Shown: positions 29,762-42,025 of the stretch, piece after piece
How positions within the stretch are numbered: position 1 is the first letter of the stretch
Layout of the letters: the number at the start of each line of letters is the position of its first letter
From: Acidobacteriota bacterium
GTDB taxonomy: Bacteria; Acidobacteriota; Thermoanaerobaculia; Gp7-AA8
NCBI GenBank assembly: GCA_019244185.1
Contig: JAFATB010000023.1
Span: 480,001-544,000, forward strand
Direction: 5' to 3'
DNA length: 64,000 nucleotides
Notes under the pieces: generated by a model
Seen by the model: only the letters and a program-made list of their open reading frames with translations
Database searches by the model: none
Told to the model about the DNA's origin: nothing
Made by a program: the position numbers and the translations under genes

Positions 29762-31366
29762 ATGGCTTTCATCGCTGTGCCGTTGTTCCTCTCCACGATC
29801 TCGGCGTTCGCGGTGGTACCCGAGGTTGTCTTTCCCGTTCTCGCCGGCACGATTGACGGTCGGACGTACCGCACGACCGTCGATGTCCGTGGCGCCTCGG
29901 CCGCCGACTGCACGTTCGAGCTCGTACGACCCGGTGGCGCGATTCTCCGTTCGGTCGTACACATCGAGCCCGATGAGCCGAAAGTGTTCGACGAATTTGC
30001 CACCGACTTTCAACCGCTCGCGACGACGGTCCGCGTGTCCTGCACCGGTGCGGTCGATGTTCACAGTCGCATCCACGAGTCGACGGACGGCGGCATTACG
30101 TTCGACGACGGTGCGCTGTATCGAGCCTCTGCTGCCGAACCTTTCGTTGCAGGTCAAACCATCGCAACGCCGATCACGGGTGACTTCATCGTTGCCGAAG
30201 TCGGCGGCGCACCCGTTCGCGTCGCGGCGACGTTGACGGCTACGGTATCGGGGCGCGTTTTGGAGCGAGTGTATGAGTTGGGTCCCCGCGCTCAGCACTC
30301 CGTCGCGATCGTGGCTGCGCTCCGAACCCTTGGCTCGATCGATGGGCGATTTGCAATCGAAGGCGAAGGACGAGTGATCGTCTTCCGCGCCATAACGGAT
30401 ATCGCCGTGGCGAACATCGCTCAACGTGGCCGCAGCAGGCAGGGAATCGCGTCAGATCCTCAGCCGCCGTCGATGACGAGGCAACTATTGATCTCGTCCT
30501 TCAAAGCGGCTCCATTCCAGGAACCGGCGACGGGCCTTGTGTTTATGCGCGGTCGCTGGTACGACCTTTCGACCGGGACGTTTCTCACGCCCGATCCCCA
30601 GGGTTTCGCCGATTCATCCAATCTTTACGCCTTCGGCAAAGGCGATCCTGTGGACACGAGTGATCCCACCGGCCGCCTGGTGCGATTCACCGGCAAGGAT
30701 CCATGGGGCGATTTTTTCCTCTTCCGCGGCAGCCTGCACAATCCCGCTGCAGCGGCACTCCTTACGCTTCAGGGAGACTCGAAACACGGGTACGTTCTGG
30801 GGCTGCGACCGGGCGTTACGAAAGCTCAGTTTCTTGCAACAGCGATCCCGGATCCACCTACCTATCGATCTGATCTCGCGGCGCAGGGCATCCCGCTTCC
30901 GAAGGACCGCCGAACCGTCGAAGAGAAAGTCTTCGACCTGATCAGCAGTATGCACATCACCGAGTTTGAAACGGGGGACAGTCTTACCCGTCTGTCTTCG
31001 TGGCCGTTCTCCTGGTTCGCACGGACACGCACATTTCAGGAAGCCACGAGTCGATACGGCGGCGCAATGACGCTCGAGCCATCCGAGACTCCGTCCGGCA
31101 ACACCGCCATTGCCGTCAATCCTCTGGAAATCAACAATGGGAGCGCGTGGGCAGCGACCGCCGCGTATCACCTGGCCTATGACCCCGAAATCGCAGTCAT
31201 CCACGAGTTCGGCCATGCGCTTGCCTATCACGACAACAACGTGCCGTGTTTTCAGATGTGGTCCGTTTACTTCGAGAATCAGGTTCGCGCGCGGCGCGGT
31301 GAACGGCTCTTTCGCACATCGGAACGTCCTCTCCGGAACGATCCAAAGACGCTAATCTGTCCCTGA
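29762..31366 (+). CDS. Signal-peptide protein with Rhs-associated core and C-terminal HExxH metallopeptidase-like tip; start uncertain
   Basis: ATGLVFMRGRWYD...GTFLTPDP...NLYAF...DPVDTSDPTG; VIHEFGHA...FENQVR...R; atypical codon usage. Confidence 0.8.
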   Translation: MAFIAVPLFLSTISAFAVVPEVVFPVLAGTIDGRTYRTTVDVRGASAADCTFELVRPGGAILRSVVHIEPDEPKVFDEFATDFQPLATTVRVSCTGAVDVHSRIHESTDGGITFDDGALYRASAAEPFVAGQTIATPITGDFIVAEVGGAPVRVAATLTATVSGRVLERVYELGPRAQHSVAIVAALRTLGSIDGRFAIEGEGRVIVFRAITDIAVANIAQRGRSRQGIASDPQPPSMTRQLLISSFKAAPFQEPATGLVFMRGRWYDLSTGTFLTPDPQGFADSSNLYAFGKGDPVDTSDPTGRLVRFTGKDPWGDFFLFRGSLHNPAAAALLTLQGDSKHGYVLGLRPGVTKAQFLATAIPDPPTYRSDLAAQGIPLPKDRRTVEEKVFDLISSMHITEFETGDSLTRLSSWPFSWFARTRTFQEATSRYGGAMTLEPSETPSGNTAIAVNPLEINNGSAWAATAAYHLAYDPEIAVIHEFGHALAYHDNNVPCFQMWSVYFENQVRARRGERLFRTSERPLRNDPKTLICP

Positions 31367-32019
31367 TGCGTCGAGCATTTACCTGGCTCGGTACACTCCT
31401 GAACGCCGCGCTGATCGGCGTGTGCATGTGGCCCGCCGAGCACTCGCTGCTACTCTTCGCTGTGGTCGCGGCTGCCGTTCTCGTGAGCCTTTCATGCGAC
31501 TCCACGATCCTGGAAGCGTCTGCGACGACGCTCGGAGTCGTCGCGGCCACGGTGCTCGCCGAGCCGGCGCTCGCCATATCCCGCGGTTCATTCGATGTGC
31601 GCATCGCATGGGCAGCGATCCTCGCAGCGGTTCTTTTTCGCTCCAACCCCAGGATTCGTGTGCACAGCCTCGTCACCGCCGCAGTCATTGCGGTGACGAT
31701 CATCCCGCCGTCCGATACGAGTCTCCTCATCGTTTCGCCGCCGGTTCTTCTACAGGTCGTCGTGTGTTTGGTCGCGATCTCGCTGCAAGCGTTCGATCAC
31801 CGAACGCGCCGTTGGTGGCCAGCGTATCGAATCGCGGAGCCGCTTCTCGTGGTGGCTCTCGCCAGCGCATTCGTTCTGCCCTTCGCTCACAACGGCCTCA
31901 CGCTTTCCGAGCTGGTTGCGTGGCATGTTTACGTCGGTGTTGCCGCTTCGCTCATCGCGTTCGTCGACGAGCTGCTGATGCGCTTCGGACCACGCCAGCA
32001 GTCGCGCGCAGGAGAATGA
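31366..32019 (+). CDS. Multi-TM membrane protein, candidate immunity/partner of the Rhs-core protein
   Basis: TGATG coupling; about 7 hydrophobic segments; same atypical codon usage. Confidence 0.6.
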   Translation: MRRAFTWLGTLLNAALIGVCMWPAEHSLLLFAVVAAAVLVSLSCDSTILEASATTLGVVAATVLAEPALAISRGSFDVRIAWAAILAAVLFRSNPRIRVHSLVTAAVIAVTIIPPSDTSLLIVSPPVLLQVVVCLVAISLQAFDHRTRRWWPAYRIAEPLLVVALASAFVLPFAHNGLTLSELVAWHVYVGVAASLIAFVDELLMRFGPRQQSRAGE

Positions 32020-32040
32020 CGCCCTGCCGCCCTTCCTCCC

Positions 32041-32062
32041 TCATCGTTCCTCGTTCATCGTT
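32041..32062. repeat. Right arm of heptamer repeat (CATCGTT CCTCGTT CATCGTT)
   Basis: Same unit as 2871..2898. Confidence 0.7.
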
Positions 32063-32078
32063 ACAATGAGCCATCCCG

Positions 32079-33251
32079 ATGCTCACCCGCGCCAGCACCC
32101 TTCTGCTCGCACTGCTCGTGCTCAACGTGCTGCTGGGCGTGGTCTGCCTCATCGTCGCGCGTGGTGAGCGGCGCTCGCGCGCGCTGCGTTTGTGGGGGTG
32201 GGGACTGCTCGTGTATTCGGTGGGCATCCTCATCACGATTCCCGCATCGCTGCCGTTCGATCTGCGGAAGATCGTCGGCAACGGGCTGATCGCGTTCGCG
32301 CCGATCCTCACCATCGAAGGCGCGATCTCGCACACGCGGCATCGTCTGAACCGCCGCTGGGTCGGCGCCGGCTTCGCGCTGACGATGCTCGTGCTGCTGT
32401 GGAACCACTTCGGCGGCCACTACGAGGTGCTCGTCGACATCCTCGCGCCGGCGCAGATCGCGAACATCCTCTTCGCCGTCGCCGCGTACTGGCTCGTCAC
32501 CGATCCGCCGTCGGATGCGAAGGCCGCGTCGCGTTTCGTGGCGGCGTCGTTCGTTTCGTCGATCGCGATCTGGTCGCTGCGGATGTATAGCATCTGGTCG
32601 TCGATCGGCGTGACGAACGACCGCGAGCGCGCCGATCTCACCATCGCCCTCTTCGGCATCGCGCAGATGGTGATCGCCGTCGGCACGACGCTCGGCCTGC
32701 TCTGGATCGAAGTGCGGAAGATGGAGGCGACGCTGCGGCGCCTCGCCGATCTCGATCCGCTCACGGGCTTGCCGAACCGCCGCGCGACCGTCGCGCGCTT
32801 CGAGGATGAGGCGCGCCGCGCGGAACGGATGCGCCGCGACTTCGGACTCGTGGTCTTCGACGTCGATCACTTCAAGCAGGTCAACGACACGCACGGACAT
32901 CTCGTCGGCGACGCCGCGCTGCGCCACGTCGCGGCGGTGCTGCGCGATCACGTGCGCGGCGGCGACGTGGTCGGTCGCATCGGCGGCGAGGAGTTCGTCG
33001 TGTTGATCACCGACGAGCGCGCCGACGGCGCCATCGCCGCCGCCAACCGCCTGCGCGCCGCGCTCGAGGCGACGCCGCTCAACCGCGGACTCGCCATCAC
33101 CATGAGCGGCGGCCTGGCGATGTTTCCCGCGGACGGCCGCGACTGGGACGAGCTGTTCGGCGTCGCCGATCAGCGGCTCTACGCGGCGAAACACAACGGC
33201 CGCAATCGCGTGGAAGCGCCGGTGCGGCCCGCGCTCGTCGCCAGCGCCTAA
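32079..33251 (+). CDS. Membrane-bound diguanylate cyclase
   Basis: Multi-TM N-terminus; DPLTGLPNRR, DVDHFKQVND..GH..GD, RxxD I-site (RGGD), GGEEF. Confidence 0.9.
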   Translation: MLTRASTLLLALLVLNVLLGVVCLIVARGERRSRALRLWGWGLLVYSVGILITIPASLPFDLRKIVGNGLIAFAPILTIEGAISHTRHRLNRRWVGAGFALTMLVLLWNHFGGHYEVLVDILAPAQIANILFAVAAYWLVTDPPSDAKAASRFVAASFVSSIAIWSLRMYSIWSSIGVTNDRERADLTIALFGIAQMVIAVGTTLGLLWIEVRKMEATLRRLADLDPLTGLPNRRATVARFEDEARRAERMRRDFGLVVFDVDHFKQVNDTHGHLVGDAALRHVAAVLRDHVRGGDVVGRIGGEEFVVLITDERADGAIAAANRLRAALEATPLNRGLAITMSGGLAMFPADGRDWDELFGVADQRLYAAKHNGRNRVEAPVRPALVASA

Positions 33252-33263
33252 CCGCGCTACGCG

Positions 33264-34616
33264 CTACGCGGTGCGCTGCATCAGCCGCTCGAGCTCGCCG
33301 ATGTCGAGCGGCTTGTAGAGCAAGCCGGAGACGACGTCTTCATCCGCGACGCTGAGCTTCTGGTTCTTCACGCCGGTGACGATGTAGATGCGCTGCGGCC
33401 GCCCGGTGGGACGCGTGCGCAGGAAGTCGAGCACGCCCCAGCCGTCGACGCGCGGCATGAGCAGGTCGAGAAAGATGTAGCCGTACTGGTTCTGCTTGAG
33501 CAGCTTCACCGCGTCCGCGCCGTTTGTCGCCTCGTCGACGTCGTACTCGTAGCGCTGCAGCACGCCGCGCAAGAGGAAGCGCGTCGCCGGATCGTCGTCG
33601 GCCACGAGCGCGCGGCGGATGGCGGCGCGCGGCACGGGCGTCGACGACGGCAGCGGCGTGCGTCGCGGATCGGGCGCGGGCGTCGCGCCGGACGGCGTCG
33701 CGGGCGATGATGACTGCGACGGCTGCTGCGCGCGCGGCGGCTCATCGTACGAATCGCTCTTCCGCACCGCGATCGTCGGCACCGACGACTGCCGCGCGCG
33801 GCGCGGATCCTCGCGTACGGCGGCGAGCGCGGCGCGCAGTTCCTCGCACGAGGCGAAGCGGTCCTGCGGCTCTTTCTTCATGCAGCGCCGGACGATGGCC
33901 GCGAGCTGCGACGGAATGCCCGCCGCCGCGATGGCGATGTCGCGCGGCTCGTTCATCACGATCTTGAGCAGGATCTCGGTCAGCGCCTCGCCGGTGAACG
34001 GCTTCTGTCCCGACAGCATCTCGTACAGCACGACGCCGAGGGAGAAGATGTCCGTGCGCGCGTCGAGCGTGCGGCCGAGGGCTTGTTCCGGCGACATGTA
34101 GTGCGGCGTGCCCACCACCATCCCGCCCTGCGTCAGCGACGGATCGGCGGTGCCGCCGACCTGCTTCGCCACGCCGAAGTCGAGGATCTTCACGTGACGC
34201 GGCGCGATGATGATGTTGTCCGGCTTGATGTCGCGGTGAATGATCCCTTTCGCGTGCGCCTCGGACAACCCGTCCGCGACGTGCACGCCGACGCGGATCG
34301 CATCCTCCGGCAGCAGCGGCCCGCGCGCGATCATCGCGCCGACCGACTCGCCTTCGACGAGCTCCATGGCGATGAAGAGCGTCTCCCCTTCTTCCTCGAT
34401 CGCGTAAATCGTGGCGATGTTCGGATGATTCAACTGCGCGACCGTGCGTGCTTCGCGCAGGAACCGTTCCTTCCACTCCGGGTCCGCCGCCAGCTCGGCG
34501 GGAAGAATCTTGATCGCGACGGCGCGCAGCAGCTTCTTGTCTTCCGCGCGCCAGACGTCGCCCATGCCTCCGGTGCCGAGGCGCGCAATTAGTCGATACG
34601 ATCCGAGGTCTGCCAT
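33264..34616 (-). CDS. Ser/Thr protein kinase with C-terminal receiver (REC) domain
   Basis: LGTGGMG, VAIK, HRDIKPDN, DFG, YMSPE; REC ADDD...DLLMP...VTG...KP. Confidence 0.9.
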   Translation of the reverse strand: MADLGSYRLIARLGTGGMGDVWRAEDKKLLRAVAIKILPAELAADPEWKERFLREARTVAQLNHPNIATIYAIEEEGETLFIAMELVEGESVGAMIARGPLLPEDAIRVGVHVADGLSEAHAKGIIHRDIKPDNIIIAPRHVKILDFGVAKQVGGTADPSLTQGGMVVGTPHYMSPEQALGRTLDARTDIFSLGVVLYEMLSGQKPFTGEALTEILLKIVMNEPRDIAIAAAGIPSQLAAIVRRCMKKEPQDRFASCEELRAALAAVREDPRRARQSSVPTIAVRKSDSYDEPPRAQQPSQSSSPATPSGATPAPDPRRTPLPSSTPVPRAAIRRALVADDDPATRFLLRGVLQRYEYDVDEATNGADAVKLLKQNQYGYIFLDLLMPRVDGWGVLDFLRTRPTGRPQRIYIVTGVKNQKLSVADEDVVSGLLYKPLDIGELERLMQRTA

Positions 34617-34645
34617 GTCCCGAAGTAACGATAGCGGAAAACGAG

Positions 34646-37357
<2,712 letters not shown>

Positions 37358-37409
37358 GGAGGGATGTGCGGCAATTGTAGCGCGCGCGGATTCGCTCGCG
37401 CCGCGCGCG

Positions 37410-40328
37410 TCAGGCGCTCGCGTCGCGCAGCCACGTGCCGGTCGTGGTCTCGTCCGCGACGCGGACGCAGTTGCGGCCGGAGTGTTTCGCCGCGTACAGC
37501 GCGCGGTCCGCGCCGGCGACGAGGCTCTCCGCCGCCATCCCCGCGCCCGGCACGAGCGACGCGACGCCGCAGCTCGCGGTCATGCGTCCGCCGCCGTTGC
37601 CGTACGGAACGCCGAGCTTCTCGATGCCTTCGCGCAGCGATTCGGCGACGCGCAGCGCGCCGTCGCTGTCGACGCCAGGCAGCAGGATCGCGAACTCCTC
37701 GCCGCCGTAGCGCGCGACGACTTCGCCGCTGCGGCGGATCGTCTCCGCGAGAAACGCGCCGATGCGGCGGAGGCAGTCGTCGCCCGCGGGATGTCCGCGC
37801 CGATCGTTGAGATCCTTGAAGTAGTCGAGGTCGACGAGGATCAGCGCGAGCGGCTGCTCGCGGCGGCGCGCGCGGTTCCATTCGTCGCTCAGCGCGCGCT
37901 CGAACGAGCGGCGGTTCGCGATGCCGGTGAGATCGTCTTCGAGCGAGAGCGCCTCGAGCCGCGTGTTCGCTTGTTCGAGCAGCAGCACGGTCTCGCGCAG
38001 CTCCGCCGTCTTCGCCTCGACGCGGCGGCGCAGGCGATCGGCCTGCATCGTGAGAGCAGCCGTTCGCACGCGGATGATCGCGAACAGTACCGCCAGCGCG
38101 AGCAGCGTCCACAGCGCGTACGCGGCGGGCGTGCGATGCCACGGCGGCTGGACCGTGAACGACCATTGCGCCTCGCCGCTCGGCAGCATGGCCGGGCCGC
38201 GCGCGCGGAGGCGGAAGGTGTAGTCGTTAGCCTCGAGCAGCGTGTAGTCGATGAACGGCTGCTCGGTCCATTCGCTCCAGTTCGCGTCGATCGGCTCGAG
38301 GCGGTACTGATACGCGACGCCGGGGCGGTACGACGCGGGCGCGAACTCGATGCGCAGGCGGCGGAAGTCGTGCCGCAGCGTGACGCGCTCGCCCGTCGAC
38401 GCGCCGCCGAAGAGCACGCGGCTCTCGCCGGCGACGACGCGCCGGATCAGCGGCGGCGGCTGCGCCTCGAGCTCCTGGGCCGCAAGCGCCGGTTCGTAGC
38501 GGAAGAGGCCGCGGTCCGCCGCGAACCACAGCACGCCGTTCGCGTCGCGGATCATGTTCTGGATGTCGGACGCATTCACCGCGACGAGCGGGCGTCCTTC
38601 GCGCGCGTACGTGCCGTTCGCGTTGCGCGTGAAGACGCGCGGCGGCGTGGAGTTGATCCAAACATCCCCGCGCGCATCCTCGGTCAGCGTGAAGAAGCCG
38701 CCCGGCGCGGTGAGGTGGCCGAGGAGCGGATCGCGGACGAGTGTTCCGTTCTTGCCGATCGATTCGACCGAGCCGCCGCTCGCGCGCACGAACACCGTGC
38801 GGCCGCCGATCGAGAAGACGTTCATCTCGCCGTCGCCGTACTGCTGCACGCGCTGTTGCGCCGTGCGCGCGTGGTCGATTCGGATGATGCCGTTGAAGAC
38901 GGTGCCGCACCAGAGCGTGCCGTCGCGTTCCTCGAGCACCGAGCCGGCGTACTCCGGCGTAGCCGGCACGCCGCCTTCGTCGCGCCACGTCGTTCCCTCG
39001 CGGCGCATGCTGCGCAGCCCCTGGCGCGTGGCGAGCCAGACGCGCGCGGGATCGGTCGGCGAGCGCAGCATCTCGTACATCTCGCCGCGCAGCGGCACGA
39101 GTCGTTCGAGCGCGTCGCCGTGCAGGCGGTACATGCCTTTGGTCGTGCCGACGAGCAGTTCGTCGTCCACGACGAGCAGCCGCCACACGCCGTCGCCTTC
39201 GACGTCGAACGCGCGCGTTTTGCCGTTCGCGATTTCGTACAGGCCGTGCGAGCTGGCGACGTAGAGCGCACCATGAAAGTGCGCGACGTCGCTCGAGCTG
39301 CCGCGCACGCCGCGCCGCGCGTCGAAGAGCGTGACCGGCGACGCGAGATCGATGCGCACGATCGGCCCCGACATCGTCAGCCACAGCGCGCCTTCGCGAT
39401 CGACGCGCGCTTGCGTGACGACGGCGTCGGGCAGTCCCGAGTTTTCCTCGATGACCTGTTCGAGCTCGCCCGTCGCGCGCACCACCGCGACGCCGTGCTG
39501 CCGCGAGGCGAGCACGATGCGGCCGTCGTGCAGCACGCAGCCGCCCGTGATGATTTTCCCGCGCATCCACCGCGAGCCGTCGGGCGACCACGGCGTGACG
39601 TTCGCGCCGTCGACGGTGAAGAGTCCCCGATCGCGCACCGCGGCGAGGAGCGTCGTTCCGCTGCGCAGGACGAGATCGACGCGCTCTCCCGCGAACGCGA
39701 CCGGCGTCACGCGGCTCGTGCGCGGATCGAACCGCTGCAGCCCGCCCGGTCCGCGCAGCAGCACCGCGCCGCCGTCGGACGTGCAGCCGTGCGGCGCGCT
39801 CTCGAGCGGCGCGTCGTTGACAACACGCGCGGTGCGGCCGTTCCACGCGATGACCGTGCGCTCCGCGACGAAGAGGAAGCCGCCGGGCATCGCGCAGACG
39901 CCGCGCACTTCGCCGACCTCACGCTGCGTCTTCGGCAGCAGCGGCACGAGCGAGCGGTATTGCGGCGCGCCGTGCGCGTCATTCGCGAGCACGCCGAAAT
40001 CGTTGATGAGGCCGAGGGCGACGCCGCCGCGATCGTCCGTCGCGACCGCGAACGCGACCTGCTCCTCCGGCAGCTTCATGAGGTTCCACCACGCGCCGTC
40101 GTACGTGAGCAGTCCGTGGAGATTGCCGAAGTAGAGGATGCCGCGGCTGTCCTGCGCCACATCGAACGTCTGCGGCCCGGCCTTGTGCGCCTCGGCGGGA
40201 AAGACCGTGATCAGCGGAACGCCGCGCTCATCCGCGCGCGCGCCGCACGCGAAGAGCAGCACGAACGCCACCGCGGCCCGCAACGGCCGGGCCACGCGCG
40301 CTGCAAAGCGCCGCCACTGATTCCCCAT
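37410..40328 (-). CDS. Beta-propeller/Y_Y_Y sensor diguanylate cyclase
   Basis: Signal peptide, QDSRG.LYF propeller repeats, YQYRLE...WSEW...Y.FR, TM, GGEEF. Confidence 0.9.
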   Translation of the reverse strand: MGNQWRRFAARVARPLRAAVAFVLLFACGARADERGVPLITVFPAEAHKAGPQTFDVAQDSRGILYFGNLHGLLTYDGAWWNLMKLPEEQVAFAVATDDRGGVALGLINDFGVLANDAHGAPQYRSLVPLLPKTQREVGEVRGVCAMPGGFLFVAERTVIAWNGRTARVVNDAPLESAPHGCTSDGGAVLLRGPGGLQRFDPRTSRVTPVAFAGERVDLVLRSGTTLLAAVRDRGLFTVDGANVTPWSPDGSRWMRGKIITGGCVLHDGRIVLASRQHGVAVVRATGELEQVIEENSGLPDAVVTQARVDREGALWLTMSGPIVRIDLASPVTLFDARRGVRGSSSDVAHFHGALYVASSHGLYEIANGKTRAFDVEGDGVWRLLVVDDELLVGTTKGMYRLHGDALERLVPLRGEMYEMLRSPTDPARVWLATRQGLRSMRREGTTWRDEGGVPATPEYAGSVLEERDGTLWCGTVFNGIIRIDHARTAQQRVQQYGDGEMNVFSIGGRTVFVRASGGSVESIGKNGTLVRDPLLGHLTAPGGFFTLTEDARGDVWINSTPPRVFTRNANGTYAREGRPLVAVNASDIQNMIRDANGVLWFAADRGLFRYEPALAAQELEAQPPPLIRRVVAGESRVLFGGASTGERVTLRHDFRRLRIEFAPASYRPGVAYQYRLEPIDANWSEWTEQPFIDYTLLEANDYTFRLRARGPAMLPSGEAQWSFTVQPPWHRTPAAYALWTLLALAVLFAIIRVRTAALTMQADRLRRRVEAKTAELRETVLLLEQANTRLEALSLEDDLTGIANRRSFERALSDEWNRARRREQPLALILVDLDYFKDLNDRRGHPAGDDCLRRIGAFLAETIRRSGEVVARYGGEEFAILLPGVDSDGALRVAESLREGIEKLGVPYGNGGGRMTASCGVASLVPGAGMAAESLVAGADRALYAAKHSGRNCVRVADETTTGTWLRDASA

Positions 40329-40349
40329 GTCTCTCGAACCCGCACGACC

Positions 40350-41234
40350 TTAACACGGCGGTGCGGTCTCTGTTGAGACGGGGCTCGGGCGCACAAGGTG
40401 CTGCGCGCCGCCCGTCGCCATCCAGTCGTCGCGCTGCGCGCGAAACGGCAGCGCCGTGATCGCGGCGAGCGTGACGTCGGACGCGCGCGCGTACGCCGGG
40501 ACGCCGATGTCGATGGCGTTCTGTGGGACGTCGAGGCGCAGCGTGCCGTGCAGCCGATCCCACCAGGAGAAGAGACTCGACCAGTTGCTGTCCGTCTCGT
40601 CGCGATAGTCGGAGTGATGGATGCCGTGCATGCGCGGCGTGACGATCCAACGCGCGAGCCGCCGCTCGAGTTCCGGCGTGAGGCGCAGGTTCGAGTGATG
40701 AAAGGCGATCGAGACGAGGAGCAGCGTCTGCCAGAGCGAGAGCGTGAACGCGTCGACGCCGAAGAGACGCACCTGCGCCATGCGGTAGAAAACCGAGAGC
40801 GACAGCTCGCCGAAATGAAAGCGGATTGCGGTGGACGCGTCGAGATCGCGATCGACGTGATGCACGAGATGAAAGCGCCAGAGCGGCGGCAACTCGTGAT
40901 TCGCGCGATGCCACCACCAGAGCGTGTAGTCGAGCAGCAGCACGCCGAGGAGCGTGCGCACGGAGCGCGGCAGCGGAAGACGGTGAAGGAGGCCGAGGCG
41001 GTCGCGTGTGACGCGCGCGACGAGCGGCGCGAGGAGCGGCGCCTGCAGCGCGGACGTGATCGCGGCGGTGAGCCCTGCGGTGGCGAGATTGCGCGCGGTG
41101 TGCGTCGCGCGCCGCTCGCGCCGGCGCCGCAGCGGACGCCGCGTTTCCGCGAACGCGATCAGCGCGAAGGCGCCGGCGACGAGAAGCGGCGTGAGCCAGC
41201 GTGGCGGCTCGCGATCGTCCGATTCCTCGCTCAT
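40350..41234 (-). CDS. Sterol desaturase / fatty-acid hydroxylase family protein
   Basis: His boxes WWHRANH, FHLVHH, FHHSN, HGIHHS; WDRLHGT. Confidence 0.88.
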   Translation of the reverse strand: MSEESDDREPPRWLTPLLVAGAFALIAFAETRRPLRRRRERRATHTARNLATAGLTAAITSALQAPLLAPLVARVTRDRLGLLHRLPLPRSVRTLLGVLLLDYTLWWWHRANHELPPLWRFHLVHHVDRDLDASTAIRFHFGELSLSVFYRMAQVRLFGVDAFTLSLWQTLLLVSIAFHHSNLRLTPELERRLARWIVTPRMHGIHHSDYRDETDSNWSSLFSWWDRLHGTLRLDVPQNAIDIGVPAYARASDVTLAAITALPFRAQRDDWMATGGAQHLVRPSPVSTETAPPC

Positions 41235-41248
41235 GACGGACCGGCGCG

Positions 41249-42025
41249 TCAGTGTCCCGCGTACCAGTCGTAGCCGCGCTCGCCCCAGAAGTCGGCGGGG
41301 CGCACGTTCGTGTAGCGGATCGTGCCGATGCGCTTGAGGTTCTTGATCCCGTACTTCACCGGGATCGCGAGCCGCAGCGGCGCGCCGTGATCGGACGTGA
41401 GCGGCGCGCCGTTCATCTCGTAAGCGAGGAGCGTCTGCGGATGAAACGCGCTCGCGGCGTCGAGGCCGACGTAGTAGCCGCGTCCCGGCGTTTCGAGCGC
41501 GACGTACCGCGGGCGTTCGACCGGCGGGAACTTCTGCATGACGTCCGCGAGCCGCGAGCCCGCCCACTGCACAATGATCGACCATCCTTCGATGCAGCGG
41601 AGTTCGGTCACCATCTCGCGGCGCGGAAACGCCTTCACGTCGTCGAGCGTCAATGCGACGGGCGATGACGCGCCTTCGATGGAGAGACGCCACGCGTTGA
41701 GGTCGACCGGCTTGTCGAGGCCGATGTGCCCGTTGACGCGCGCGCGGGTGATGTCGGACTTGCGGAAGTTCGGACTGAGCCGCGCGTCGCGAAAGTACGA
41801 CTCCGCGAGCGACTCGTTGCCTTGGAGCACGCGCCGCAGCGGCCACGGCACGTCGCCTTCGCGTGGCCGCGTGCGCAGCCAGCTCCAGCCCGCGTAGCCC
41901 GCGCCCGCGGCGACCGCCATCGTCACGAAGCCGCGGCGCGTGAGGCGCTTCAGCTCGCGGTCGACCTGGGCGTCGTTCGCCGCGACGATGTCGACTTCTG
42001 TTTCGTCGCGTACCTCGTCAGTCAT
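41249..42025 (-). CDS. Molybdopterin-dependent oxidoreductase (MsrP/sulfite-oxidase-like), Tat-exported
   Basis: TRRGF, CIEGW, HPQTLLAYEMNG..L...HGAPLRL..P.KYGIK, W...GYDWYAG. Confidence 0.88.
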   Translation of the reverse strand: MTDEVRDETEVDIVAANDAQVDRELKRLTRRGFVTMAVAAGAGYAGWSWLRTRPREGDVPWPLRRVLQGNESLAESYFRDARLSPNFRKSDITRARVNGHIGLDKPVDLNAWRLSIEGASSPVALTLDDVKAFPRREMVTELRCIEGWSIIVQWAGSRLADVMQKFPPVERPRYVALETPGRGYYVGLDAASAFHPQTLLAYEMNGAPLTSDHGAPLRLAIPVKYGIKNLKRIGTIRYTNVRPADFWGERGYDWYAGH

